The position numbers were made by a program, and so were the translations under genes. The notes beneath the pieces are model-generated. The model saw nothing but the letters and a program-made list of their open reading frames with translations. It did not search any database and was not told the DNA's origin. A stretch of DNA of 64,000 nucleotides from assembly GCA_051530055.1 (NCBI GenBank), contig CM121341.1, positions 17,090,784 through 17,154,783 of the forward strand. Reading direction: 5' to 3'. This DNA comes from Neoechinorhynchus agilis. Taxonomy: Eukaryota > Animalia > Acanthocephala. Of this stretch, positions 49,356 through 61,500 are shown piece after piece (position 1 is the stretch's first letter; each line of letters begins with the position of its first letter).

Positions 49356-52300
49356 TTACATCCCCAATAAAGTTCGAACTTCCCTCATTGTCTTTAATGC
49401 AAGCGCTTTCGCCTTTTCAGCTCCTTCCTTCAAAATTTCAGAAATCAATTTCTGTTGCCTTAGCTCTATAAATCTATGCCTGATAGGCGAGACAATCCTG
49501 ATAAGAGCAGGAGAAACGATCTCATTCTTGAGTGTAGCGCTCATGATTCACCAAGATGAACTCCAAAAATGGTGATAATCATGGTACCATAATCCAGGCC
49601 CTTCAGGTCACTCGCTATCACCTTTGGGTCATCACTACCCTTCCCGTCACAACGGTTCAAGGCTGCGACGAGATCTAAAAGGGAAGCCACGGCTGGTCTA
49701 TTGACAGGATCGTATTGGTAATTCGGCGGCCAGCAACTGTCAGTCAATGCTTTTGATACTTTCAGTCGAATTGTGCGATCATCGTCGGTAAGTGACACAT
49801 ATGACAATGGATTTGTATCAGATTTTGACATTTTCTTTGACGGATCACGAAGACTTCGCACTTTTGCGAGTTTTGAATCCAACAGAATCTCGGGCTCCGT
49901 AAAATATTCTGACTCAGTGAGCATGTTGAATCGTCTTGCTATATGCCTGCATAATTCTATGTGAGTTGTTTGATCTTCACCCACCGGCACATGAGTCCCT
50001 CTATTAATTAAATATATTATGGATTTTTTTAATAAAAATTGAATTATTAACCTATGTAGAAGTATATCAGCAGCTTGTAGAACAGGGTAACCGAGTCTTC
50101 CAAACGTTATTCCATCTTCAGCTGTGTCTTTGTCCAAGGCGACCTAAAAAGTAACTACAAATGATGGCATATTTTTCAATTTCTTAAATTTAAATCTACC
50201 GCCATTCATTATGGGCTATTAATATTCTATTTAAAAACATTCCTATTTATTTTATACTTTTGGTGAAAATAATCGCGGTCATAACATTTTTGTTTTATTG
50301 GGAATATTTGTCGCTAAACTTGCGAAACAATGACTGAGGAGGCTAGGTTACTTCGCGAAATATTTCCAATAAATCAAATATACTATTACCGGGATTATGT
50401 TCACCAAAAGTATACTTTGATTATCCCGAAGGATTTTCTATCGATGATTCCTATTTATATACAGTGGAACGTCCATTATCCGAAACGGCAATTATCCGGA
50501 TCGGAATGCTGTCTTACTTAACTTCTGTTGCTAGAAGAGAATACGAGATCGTGCAGCGAAAAAACGATTGTAGATGAAATAAGTGATTAATTTCAACAAT
50601 AACGCTAAAGCTATGCAATTCTACCCAAAATTTTGCTTTTCTTAAAACACCTCCCCGCATGTTAAGAATACATCACATTAGTTGGAATTGTTGTTTAGGT
50701 CTTCACCTAGTAAATAATGTTTTATTAAAAACGTTTCGAACCTCGTCGGGTTCATCAATTTAACCACTTGTATTTTAAAACTTATGATGAATCCGATGAT
50801 GTTTGAAACGTTTTTAATAAAAAATTATATACCGGGTGATTACCAAAACAATAAGTCTAATCATATAGCCCGATTACCTCCTAACATATCGAAACATCAT
50901 ATCGATGTTTCGATTATCCGAAAAAATCACGACGTTCTATTGTTGAGCAGTTGGTGGATTATTGATTAAAAACGTTTTACTGCATTTAAATAATTGGAAT
51001 ATTTTGGTTGCGTTCAAAATATAAGATCACAATTTCTTGAGTATTTGAACGATCGTCGGTAAATTTACAATCGCAACTGTTGAACGTTTTGTCGTGATTT
51101 TTTGCCAATCGCAATTTTAAAAATATCATCATTTTAAAGATTAGAATCTTCGAGATTATAATATTAACAAAAAGATCTAATCGATATTTTCACTACAAAT
51201 CCTTCGCGATAAATATTCGAAAACCTTTCAAATCTTTTTGGCAAGCTGACCAATGCATTTTGTCGCTTCCCCATGCGATTTTCTGTAGGTTTTCTATCAG
51301 ACAACATTCTTTTACGCTATTAAATAAATTTAATTAATGGGAATATTGTGGGGCTGAATTATGGATTCGCGGGAGAGCTCATATATATTCACAGGCAGAT
51401 CAAATCTCGGGAAAAAATATCGAATAAAACAGTTAAACAATTTTGATAAAGGAATAGAAAATTGTGCCGAAATATTGGAATCAATAAATTATTTTAATTT
51501 TTTAGGCCACATAAAAAACACGAACAATTCAATCTTCAAACACAATGTTTTCCCATGCGATTTTCTGTAAGTTTTCCATCGGAAAACATTCTTTAACGCT
51601 ATTAAATAAATTTAATTAATGGGAATATTGTGGGGCTGAATTATGGATTCGCGGGAGAGCTCATATGTATTTATTCACAGGCAGATATATTGGCTGTTTT
51701 ATAAAAAAATTAACAAGATTAAGGTGTAAATATAAAAGAGAGGTTCATGTACGATCCAATGAACGATTATTCTTTTACATTAACCAATATTTGTATTTAT
51801 GTCTTGGATTATTATATTCGACGGGGAAAAGATACTTTCTTTTAGTTTTTCCACTCCGGATTTAAAATCTTTAATAATTTAGTTCCGATATTTAACGTAG
51901 GATAATTCCGGGTTAGATTAATTTACAATGACAAATCTTGAAAAAATGTCGGAATTATCGAATTGTCCGATAAGGTGTTTAAGAGTATTTCGAGATATGG
52001 TACGAAAATCTATATCTGAACAAAGCATTTAAGACAAAAATCAATCGGAATCGCAGTTTTCAGCAGAGATATTAAAAATCCATTGAGCTCTTCGTTTGAA
52101 ATCTTTTTTTTCGTGGAACGGTCAACAAAGCAAAATAACTAATTATTCATTCTGGTACAATTAACTCACCAACCTTATTAATCGGAATTTGTTTAACCTT
52201 TGAATAGGTAACGAAATTGCTCAATAATACAGAAAGTTCACAATGCTGCCCAACAGCTGATTGTTGATAAAGAATAATACGATTCGGATCGAGTCCACAC

Positions 52301-52521
52301 GCAAGTAAAACCGAAGCCATATCGAGATTGCGATTTTTTATAGACTTCTCAAAGCTCTTGGCCGAGTTTGAAAGCGAATGGATATCTGCGATCATGATTG
52401 TGATTTCCGATTGATTCGGTTCCGACTCTTGTAAATGTATCCAATGATTGATGGCACCAAGATAATTACCAATATGCGGTATGCCCGTCGGTTGTATACC
52501 AGAGATGATCCTTTTTAGCAT
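49356..52521 (-). CDS. WARS2: Mitochondrial-type tryptophanyl-tRNA synthetase
   Basis: SGIQPTGIPHIGNYLGAI, YPVLQAADILL, VPVGEDQ..H.EL, KMSKS. A 2030-nt intron at 50144-52173 plus short introns. Confidence 0.93.
50253..50447 (+). repeat. Family A palindromic element with a hammerhead-like core (in the WARS2 intron)
   Basis: Palindrome 50253-50414. CUGAGGA(50334)-G-GCUAGG/UUA/CUUCGC-GAAA-UAUU. Tail CCCGAAGGATTTTCTATCGATGAT. Confidence 0.85.
50460..50513 (+). mobile_element. Solo pogo/Tigger-type terminal repeat
   Basis: TA-CAGTGGAACGTC...ATTATCCGGATCGGAATGCTGTC; matches 40708-40745. Confidence 0.7.
51268..51686. repeat. ~135-bp direct duplication (51268-51400, 51550-51686)
   Basis: Both copies contain CCCATGCGATTTTCTGTA...GGGAATATTGTGGGGCTGAATTATGGATTCGCGGGAGAGCTCATAT...TTCACAGGCAGAT. 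Confidence 0.9.
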
Positions 52522-52611
52522 TACTTGGAATTTGAAGGAATTGCAGAACTAGAGTTTTTTAGGAGTTTCTTTCTGTGAGATCCATGTAAGTTACCTGTGA
52601 TTTGAGTTTGG

Positions 52612-53011
52612 GATTGACAAGTGTCAGATTCAACTTTTCAACTTTCGAACGAAGATGCTAAAGTGAACCGTCCAATCGAGGAAACTAAAAGTACATCGTC
52701 AAGGAAACGTCTTGAATATCAAACGGCTTTTGGAAAGAGACAAGTGTCGGATTCAACTTTTTAAGTCTAGAATTCGTTCAAGACTTGAAAAGTTCAATGG
52801 GACGCTTGTCTCTCCCCAGGAGCCGTTTTATGTTCAAGACTTTCCCCTGGCGATGTGCCTTTAGTTTCCTTGATTGAACGGTTCACTTTAACATCTTCGT
52901 TCGAAAGTGGAAAAGTTGAATTGGACAATTGTCTCTTTCCAGAAATATTTGATATTCAAGACTCTCCCTCGACGATGCTTCTTCAGTTTCCTTGATTGGA
53001 CGGTTCACTTT
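52612..53011. repeat. Foldback-like inverted array of ~123-bp subrepeats
   Basis: About 1.3 units on + (ATTCAACTTTT...AAAGTGAACCG...GAGACAAG) face about 2 units on -; centre of symmetry near 52775. Confidence 0.85.
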
Positions 53012-53200
53012 ATCGACAAATATCAACCCAAATATTCAGAGTTTGGTTTCTAATACACGGCTTCGGGCTTCAAATTATTAAAGCAACCATTTTGCTATTC
53101 AAAAACAAAACTATGGTAACGAAAATAACCTTTCTTCTGATATACATACGAAACGAATTTTATCACCTAATCGTACAATTAATTGAAACTCATGAATCCT

Positions 53201-53506
53201 GAGAGCAGCCTTAAAGACTACTGAGTTCGGCAATAGTGTCCAATATTGTGAGCAGTGGGCACCGGATTAATTTTGATGGTACTTAGATTCTTGCGCGTAA
53301 TGATGTATGACGCGACAGGGTGACGATGGAGGTCATCATGATACAAAGACGGATACGTTTGTGGGCAACAAAGCGGATTACCCACTCAGTCTGAGGGTAC
53401 CACCGGATAATCGAAATTGAGTGCTTTTGGGTGCATTTTAGATAGACCGAAGAAGGCCTGCGCGAAGGCCGAAATTTATCAATTATTATAATTCGCTGTA
53501 AAAAAG
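53201..53506 (+). mobile_element. 5'-truncated Penelope relic (GIY-YIG C-terminus plus 3' UTR with a hammerhead-like motif)
   Basis: SAIVSNIVSSGHRINFDGT*ILAR...RVTME...DTFVGNKADYP. 3' part is nearly identical to 22125-22286; CCGAAGA...GAAA at 53447-53474. Confidence 0.8.
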
Positions 53507-54613
53507 CTAAGTAATACTAGGAATCTATTAGCACCTAAAGATTAAACTAAATTTAAAAATCTACAATCCTTCGTTTGAGTTTAACATTTGAACAATAATC
53601 AAATCATAAGAATTGATTAACTGAGCATCGTTCATGTTATACAATTGCGAAATATCTAAGTTCTAGCGAAATTTGTACATTTAATTTACAGTGATCAGAT
53701 TTGCGCGACATATCTTATTAAAATCATAGTTGGACAGACTGCTTCGATAATTTGTTCTTTCTAAATTCATTGTATGGGAATTCTAGAAACTTAAGTATAA
53801 TTCATAGCTTTCTTCTTAAGGAATTTATCCCACTACAATATCATCTCTTTAATCAAAGAAAATGTCAGTTTAAATGTTTCTGGTTAAAACGAAGTCGTGA
53901 TACCCATTATCTAGACATGTGATTGAATTTTAACTTTAATTTAAGCCATCTAACGTTGATAGTACAGCAATATCATTCTCTTGGACAGGTATTAGTTTTT
54001 ATTTGTGTACGCTTATTTGATACTAAATTTTGTAGGTTTTTTATGAACGTTGAAACATCGGGCGATGGTAGGAATTTAGAATTAATATAAACATCGACTG
54101 CTAAAACTTTTTATAAAATTTACTTTGTCGTTATATAATTTGGAATCTTTACATTTCTTTATAGAATTGAATACTTTGTGTATAAAATGACTGAATGATT
54201 AAAATTTAAAATAAATTCATAATTTCAAAAAATTTGTGACATCCCCGCTTTGTATCTGATGTTTATTTTGCTAGATCCCAAACTGCTCAAGCCATAATTA
54301 TTATGAGATTTTATGAGACATGAATTTATAAGTTATTGATTTTTCATACCTTTGATGGTTGCATCGTCCATAATATGAAAATGTATCAATTTTATTTCAA
54401 AAATACATTTTAATTAGCTTGCCGAAACACTATCGAAGCTGTAATTATCGCACAACGGTGAATAACATGATGAAAAGCAACAATGTGAGGCGTGAAAAAT
54501 AAAATTCGAATTTAAAAGCCGTTACGAGTTCTTTTATGATAGGTTAATAACGAAGGTGTATATAAAAGTATTTTATTAAGATGATAAACGCACTTTAAAA
54601 CTCATAGATCCAT

Positions 54614-56901
54614 TCAGCGTTCCTCTGATTCAGCAATGTTAACGATTCGTCCTTCTACTTTAGGTCGCGTATACGCTGCCTCATTGCACATTTGAGTGAC
54701 TTGCTTTTGAAACTCAGGTGATTGCTTTAAAGCAACGGATTTTTTTATCGTCGCTCGAACCGTAACTAAAATCCGTTTTATTTATACGATATCTACTGGC
54801 TTGATCGGCAATATCTAATGCTGCAAGACTCTTTGAACGCGATCTCGTTCTCGAAACATGTCCATGAAGTTTTAGTGCTTGAGTAAAAGCAGTTGAAACG
54901 GTTTTGAAACTTAATTTAGGCTTCGCTTTTATTTCAATTTCATGAAGATTCAAAAGCACTCCTTTTGATCTAAATAAGTTTCAATTTAGTCACTTCATGA
55001 ACTCAAGTAAACTCACAATTGAAGACTTATTACACTCAATCGATGACGTTTGTTCCATTGACTTTCCTTCCATTGTTTAAGAGCGTTAAAGTAGTTTATG
55101 ATAGTATTAGGTAAACAAGGTCCGTTTTCCTCGTCAACCTTTTCATTTTTTTCTTCGAATAGAAACTTTCACGAATCTTACCAATAACTCACAATCCGAC
55201 AGCATTTCATACCCATCTCGTCCTTTATACATATATTCCTTTACACTAACCACATAATCCTTTTTAGTTGCGTTCAGATAAATTATTTTTTCTAAAGGCG
55301 GAAAAGTACGAACCTCATTTAGATCTATTTCAGAATCATTTATCATTATGCTCGCTGGAAGCACTCGTTGTCCAGACGGTCGTCTAGGATCGAATTTAAA
55401 TTTCACGCCGGCCACCTGTAGAAATCTGCCCTCTAAACTAGGCCATTTCGATACTGAATTCTCCAATGCTTCTTTAAGTTTGGTGCCTACATTTTTTAAA
55501 TCTTCTCAAATATTCTTATTAAAGAGGGCATTACCTGGACATTTAACAACAACCATTTGATCCGGACTGGGCAAAATTTGCTTAATATCACGTAGCTTAA
55601 ACTCTCCAGATTTGTGAAACCTATCAGATCGGAGGCTTCCCGAATTCAGTAGTACACAATCGATATCAAGTTCTCGCATAACACAATCACATACAAAATT
55701 TCCTAAATTCGATTCCTTAAGGCGCACTGTCGAAAATCGTCCATCCAAGTCAACGTTCAGCGTGCCGATAGTTTCGTTTAGCTTTTCCTCTATAGCATTC
55801 ATATATTCCTCCACCAAAAGCTCGACTTCTTTGTTAGGTGGGATGGAACCGTCCGTGAAATAACGATGAACATTGAATTTTGGACCCTGATCACCGATAA
55901 GGATTTGAATGAGACTCGTTTCGCGAAAATCGGTTCCACTTTTAACCAGTAGCCTTCCTTTGGATTTCTCGATTCCGTCGTCGTGGTCGTGTCCACCAAG
56001 AATAAGATCAATCTCTTCAACTTGATTTAATAAACGATTATCGTTGTGAATTCTCATATGAGTAATTGCAATCACAAACTCTGCGCCCTTTTGAACTACC
56101 GATTATTACATCGGAAAAACTTGTCAAAAATCTATACCTTTTTCCTCATTTCAACGGCCAACTCGCGACCTTTTTGAATGAAGTCTTCATACAAAAGTTC
56201 ATCGCGGTCTACGGTACCAAGTGTGTCGATCCATTCATTTTCAATAAGACCCATAAGTCCAATCTATCCAAATAGAATGAGTCACATATTTTCTCGACTT
56301 TAAAGATTTTAATTTTCATTATTTAATACACAATTCAAATATGCCTATGCATTTCCGCGTTTCTTTAAATTGCTCAAAAAAGAATCTCAGTCTTCCCACG
56401 TAATCTAACCTTTACTCCTTGATGAGCAACGATTTCCGAAACATGAACCAAAGGAAGTGGCTCTTTTGTTTCATAATCAAAAAGGTTGCTTAAAAACCAC
56501 GAAGTGTTTGTATCAGGTGCCTCTAGCAACTTCTTTAATTGATCCATTCCAAAATCAAAATCGTGGTTGCCAATGCATGCATAGTCGATTCGGAAATACT
56601 TCATCAAATCAATCATTTGCTGACCCATGCACATTGTACTCACTAAAGGAAATAAATGAAGCTTCCGTTAATACTTAGAAATGCACTAACTTGAAGAGGG
56701 ACTTAATATATCGCCGGAGAAAATCGTTATAGATCCTTTATGCTTTTCCCTCAAATGGTCAAGAAGCGCAACAAACAATGGCGCACCACCTAATTGATCG
56801 GGATCAGTCGATTGCTCAATATTATAGACATCATTAAAATGAATAATATTAAGAGTAGGTTCATCTTGATCGAATTCACTCAGGACAGTGAGAGGTTCCA
56901 T
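54614..56901 (-). CDS. 5'-nucleotidase / calcineurin-like metallophosphoesterase (YfkN-like, no signal peptide), multi-exon
   Basis: IIHFNDVY, FSGDILSPS, IGNHDFDFG, AITHMR, ILGGHDH, ESNLGNFVCD, NSGSLRSD, EGRFLQVAGVKF, C-terminal PKVEGRIV. Confidence 0.92.
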
Positions 56902-58514
56902 TTCTAGAATCGACGATGGAATGTAAAGGGTTTTGAGAAACGTCGGTATGAATAATTTCATAGAGCAACGATGATGAAACATCGTTCATTCCATTTTTAT
57001 CTCCAGGTTAATAAAAGTTCCCATCCTCTTATAGTTATCTTGACAAGTGATGAGTGAATAATATTGTTGTAGGCAGTATCTATGGATGCGTTCCACTTAC
57101 GCCACATTTTGCTTTATATGAACAAATGCGCTCTCTTCTTTAAACAAAAAAGTTTACTTATATTTTGAGGGCGGTTTTTGAATAAGTTTTTCTTAGGTGA
57201 CTCGTTCTAAAATGAAGATTTTTAGAATTGTTACACACACACCGTGGTATAAAATTAGTGTTGCGTTATTAAGACTCCTAAACTCACGTTTGACACTTGA
57301 ACTCACAGCAAGACCCAATTTATATATATTCTCCAGCAATGCTGAATAATACCCTCATTATTATTAGCCTATGTAAATCTCCTTTCGAAAAAGGTCCTAA
57401 ACGTTACGAAAAAAGTTATTTTTTTAATCGAAGCTTAGGACAAGCTATGATTACGTTTACGAACTCTTAATTTTCCCACAAGTGATACGATTCGATCATA
57501 AAGGTTACAAAAGGTGTTTCAGGGCTGAATTTGGACGCACATCCCCACGGATCTGGGTCTGCGTTCGGTGAACATCGCTCCGGATCCTCAGATACCTCCA
57601 GAGGAGGTGGAACCCATCAGTGAGTTTCCTAATCCCTTCAACGAGGTATTTCGTCCCCGGTGATCTTTGAGCCCAAGAAATCAGCCGTATGCGGATAACT
57701 TAATTTACACTGATAAAGGTAACCGGCTGAGCCACGCATACGCTCAATAAATAGACTTCATCATTAAAAGCCCGAATCGATAATCTACGATAATTTTTAA
57801 AGAGACGCTTATCAAAATAACTACATTTTCGAAAAAAATATAGATTTGAGTAAACCACGTATTAACTCGACGCAGAGTTTTTAACTTAACAAACATTGAT
57901 TACGACGAGACACTTGAGTTTCGAGTTTAAGTTTGCCATAACTATTGAAATTCGATTGAACATTCGAAAATTAAGATTATGTGTGTATATCGTTTCAGGG
58001 ACCAAAAAACTTGGTTGTAGGTTTCTAAAAGAATAAAACGGCACTCGAATTTGATCTTAAGCTAAATTACCAGACGGAAGTTCTCAAAGAACAGAATGTG
58101 ATGCAATGACATAAAGACTGCCCATCAGATATAAAGTTTGTTAGGAAAATCAATGACTCGTATTTATGGAGATGAATACGAATGCTCCTAAAAAATCTCA
58201 ATTTCAACCAAATCTAAATGAGAAGAAAAATATCACATAGCTTTGATCAATATTTATTTAGTGAACAATGCGCCTGATGGCATACTTGGTCCTGAAGTAG
58301 TTGTTAAACATTTATTGACCATCTACACAATAATTCGCTTCCAACAGATAATATCCGATGTTAAGTATAATAATCGTTACGATTTTCATAAATCAAATAA
58401 AACTTTCAAAATCGGTTTGACTAGTGTTAAAAGTTAACATTTTGAAGTTAATAAAAGGTGTATCAGTCTGAGAATAGCGAAAGATTGTTTCGGACATTTT
58501 AGATCCTTTATAAA

Positions 58515-61500
58515 CACGTTTTATTAATTTAAGAAAAGAACGATCCATACACTTGCCAGCATCTATCTTTGCTGATGGTGTCTGGATGTCGGATGTTGAG
58601 GCAAGGGAGGTGGGACTGTTTTTTGAAGGGGTGTTGATGTGGGATCGGAGGCTTTGTAAAGGAGATGACAAATTAGGAGTCTTTCCTTGTTCTCTGGTTA
58701 TTAAGGAAAGATTGGGCTTGGGGAAGGAAAGATTTTTGGTAGAGGATGGTACGAGCAAGGGGGGGATGAAAAAGGTTGGGGTTACGGGTGTTTACTAGGG
58801 AAGAGTATTTAGAGATGATGGAAGAAAATTGTGGAGGGGGTTCAAGAAGACGGAGGACGTTTTTGGAGAAAATGGAGTGGAGGTGGGCGTCTAGGGGATG
58901 GAGTGAAGTCCCGCATATTCTCGCCGCTCTCTTGTGGAAGGTTGCGAGGGAATGGAGAGCATTGATGGAAAGGGCGAGGAAAGTGGGAAAAGCGTGTGTA
59001 AGGATAGGAAGGATGGCAGAAAGATAAAAGTGGGCAAGGTGTTTAGGGGATACGCCGAGACGCCGGAGGAGTTTGAGCAGGTAAAGACGAGGATTTGCTC
59101 TAGAGAGTGTAAATGAAATATGGGCATCCCATTTAAGGTTCTCTTGTAAAATCAGGCCCAGTATTCGGAGAGAAGAGGAGCGTTGGATGGGGAGAGGGAG
59201 AGGCGCGGGGATAAGATTGCGTTTGGAAATGTGGGGGACTAGCTCAAAAGATTTGGATAAATTTAGGGAGAGGTTTAGGGTGGAGAGCGAGGAAATGAGA
59301 TAGTTGAGCTCGTCCATGGTTGTGGAGAGGGAGAGAGAGGGAGATGCGATGGTAATGACTGTGAGGTCATCTGTATAGAGAAAATATTTGGTTGGGGAGT
59401 GGGGGATGGATGTCATTTAGAAAAATGTCAAAGAGGAGAGGGGAAAGCACGGCGCCTTGGTGACCCCTTTAAATATGGGCAGAGAAGAGGAACAAGAAGT
59501 TCCACATTGGATATATTGTTTGCGGTTGGGGAGGAAAGAGGAAATCCAAGCGAGTTGCCAGGTTGGGAGGCCAAAGGAAGCACATGATTGAAGGAGAAGG
59601 GAGTGATCTACCGACTCGAACGCCCTGAAAATATCCAGTTGCACGAGACGGACGGTTGATGCTGGACTGGAATCTAAGCTGCGCGCAAGCGTATCGTAGA
59701 TGCAGAGGAGGGCATCAGAACAAGAGTAATTGGGACGGAAAGCGAATTGAAAAGGAGAGATGTTTTTGAGGAAGAAGGGAAGTAGGCGGGTTTTAAAACA
59801 TTTTTCTAAGATTTTAGAGAAAAGTGAGAGGATAGAGATGGGACGACAGGATGTGGGGGAAATCGGCTTATCGTTTTTGGGTAGGGGGACGACACGGGCT
59901 TCCTTAAGACACGATGGGAAAGAGCCCAGTAGAAAGCTAAGGTTCGTTATGTGCGTTAGAGGATCGATAAGTTCCGGGATGATGAGACGAATGACCCAAT
60001 TTGGGATAGTTGAATTAGGGGAAGAATGGCGGGGCAGGCGCTTAAGGGTCTCTAGGATTTCGAAAAGGGAAACTAAGGGAGGGCATGTACGAATGGACGG
60101 GTCCGAAAGTGAGAAGGGAGGTTGGAACAATGGAGAGGATGATTGGGGAGGACAGAGGTTTTTATTCATGGTGTTGAGGATTGAGAGGAGATCAGATTTG
60201 GGGAGAGATGCGAAGAGGGTGGATCTACCAAGACCAGTGACATTTTTTATTTTACACCACCAGTTTCGATTGGGAACGGACGAGAGACGAGATGAGAGGA
60301 ATAATTTGCGGGCTATACGGATGCGTTTTGTCAATGTGGAGTGGAGGGAGGGGTAAGCTGGATTACCTGACCGGAAAGCTTTGGTGACCTGTATATGAAG
60401 GGTTTTAGAAAAGGCGAGAACCATGGAGGGTCGCGGTTCGAGATTCGTATTGTTTTGCGAGGAAAGGAGGCCATCCTAGATTCTATTAGATTTAACAAAG
60501 ATCCCATTGCAATCGAGGGGTCGGGGCCAAAGATGGTAGAGCGGTTTTGCGTGATAACAGAATTGACACATGCAGCAAAGGATTGGGTATGATGATTACG
60601 CTTATCCCAGACAACGTAGGGGTCGGAAAAGGAACGTTTTTGAGGTGATGTGGAGCAGAGAAGGATGGAACAATGGGGGTAAGTTTGGTAGTGCACGAAT
60701 ATTGCCTGATGTTTGAGAAAATTTTATCAAGGCGGGAGGAGATGCGTGAAGAGAAAGTAACGAGTTGGGAGAGATGCGAGAGCGAGGGCGGGATCGGCAG
60801 TTTGTTAAAATCGCCCAATATGATGAAGTGATCTGAGGAAGTGGAAAGTAGGTCAGTAAATAGGTGGTCTATTTGTTGAAGTGTGTTGGGGATGTTTGAG
60901 GAAAGAGGGCGATAAAGGCCAGCGATAGAGATCTCACGTTGGCCATTGCGGAGGGGAGATGAAGTTGGATGTAAAGCCATTCAAGATCGTCGGAGATGAA
61001 AAGGTAGGGTGAAGAGCAATGGTAAGGAACAGAGGCGCGGATGAAGATCGATATGCCTCCCCCGTTTCGGAAGTCCCTTGTGAGGTGAAAAGCTTGAAAG
61101 TTTGGAAGGGAGATAATTTGCTATGGGGTGAGAGCCATGTTTCCGTAATTACAAGGATGTCGGCGTTGCAAGAAGAGGCAACTATACGGAGCTCATCCAG
61201 TTTGGGGAGGAGGCTGCGGATGTTAGAATAAAAGATTATTGGAAAGGGATGTTTAGAAGGGACATGAGGGGTGGACACTGACGGAGAGGGTTGAAGCTGT
61301 GCAGAGAGAGAAGGGATGGGAGTTGACTGATGGGGTAGTTCGGGGGTAATGGATTCGTGGGTGGACACTGTAGGAAGGGGTGATTTGAGTGTAGGGACCA
61401 TAGGGATGGTAATTGTGTATGCGGGATGAACTCGGGGGTAAGGAGGATATTGGGAGTTGAAGAGGTGGTGGTAAGAGCCGAGGTAGTGTGCGCGTCCAAG

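Noticed and set aside
52680-52990. Hammerheads in the 123-bp subrepeats (CTGAAGAAG in one unit, GAAACGTC in another)
   Set aside because: No single unit has both halves, and the majority consensus is CTAAA with a mismatched stem II.
49356-56901. Bacterial contamination or recent HGT (TrpRS, YfkN-like nucleotidase)
   Set aside because: Both genes have multiple spliceosomal introns and belong to families with regular animal members.
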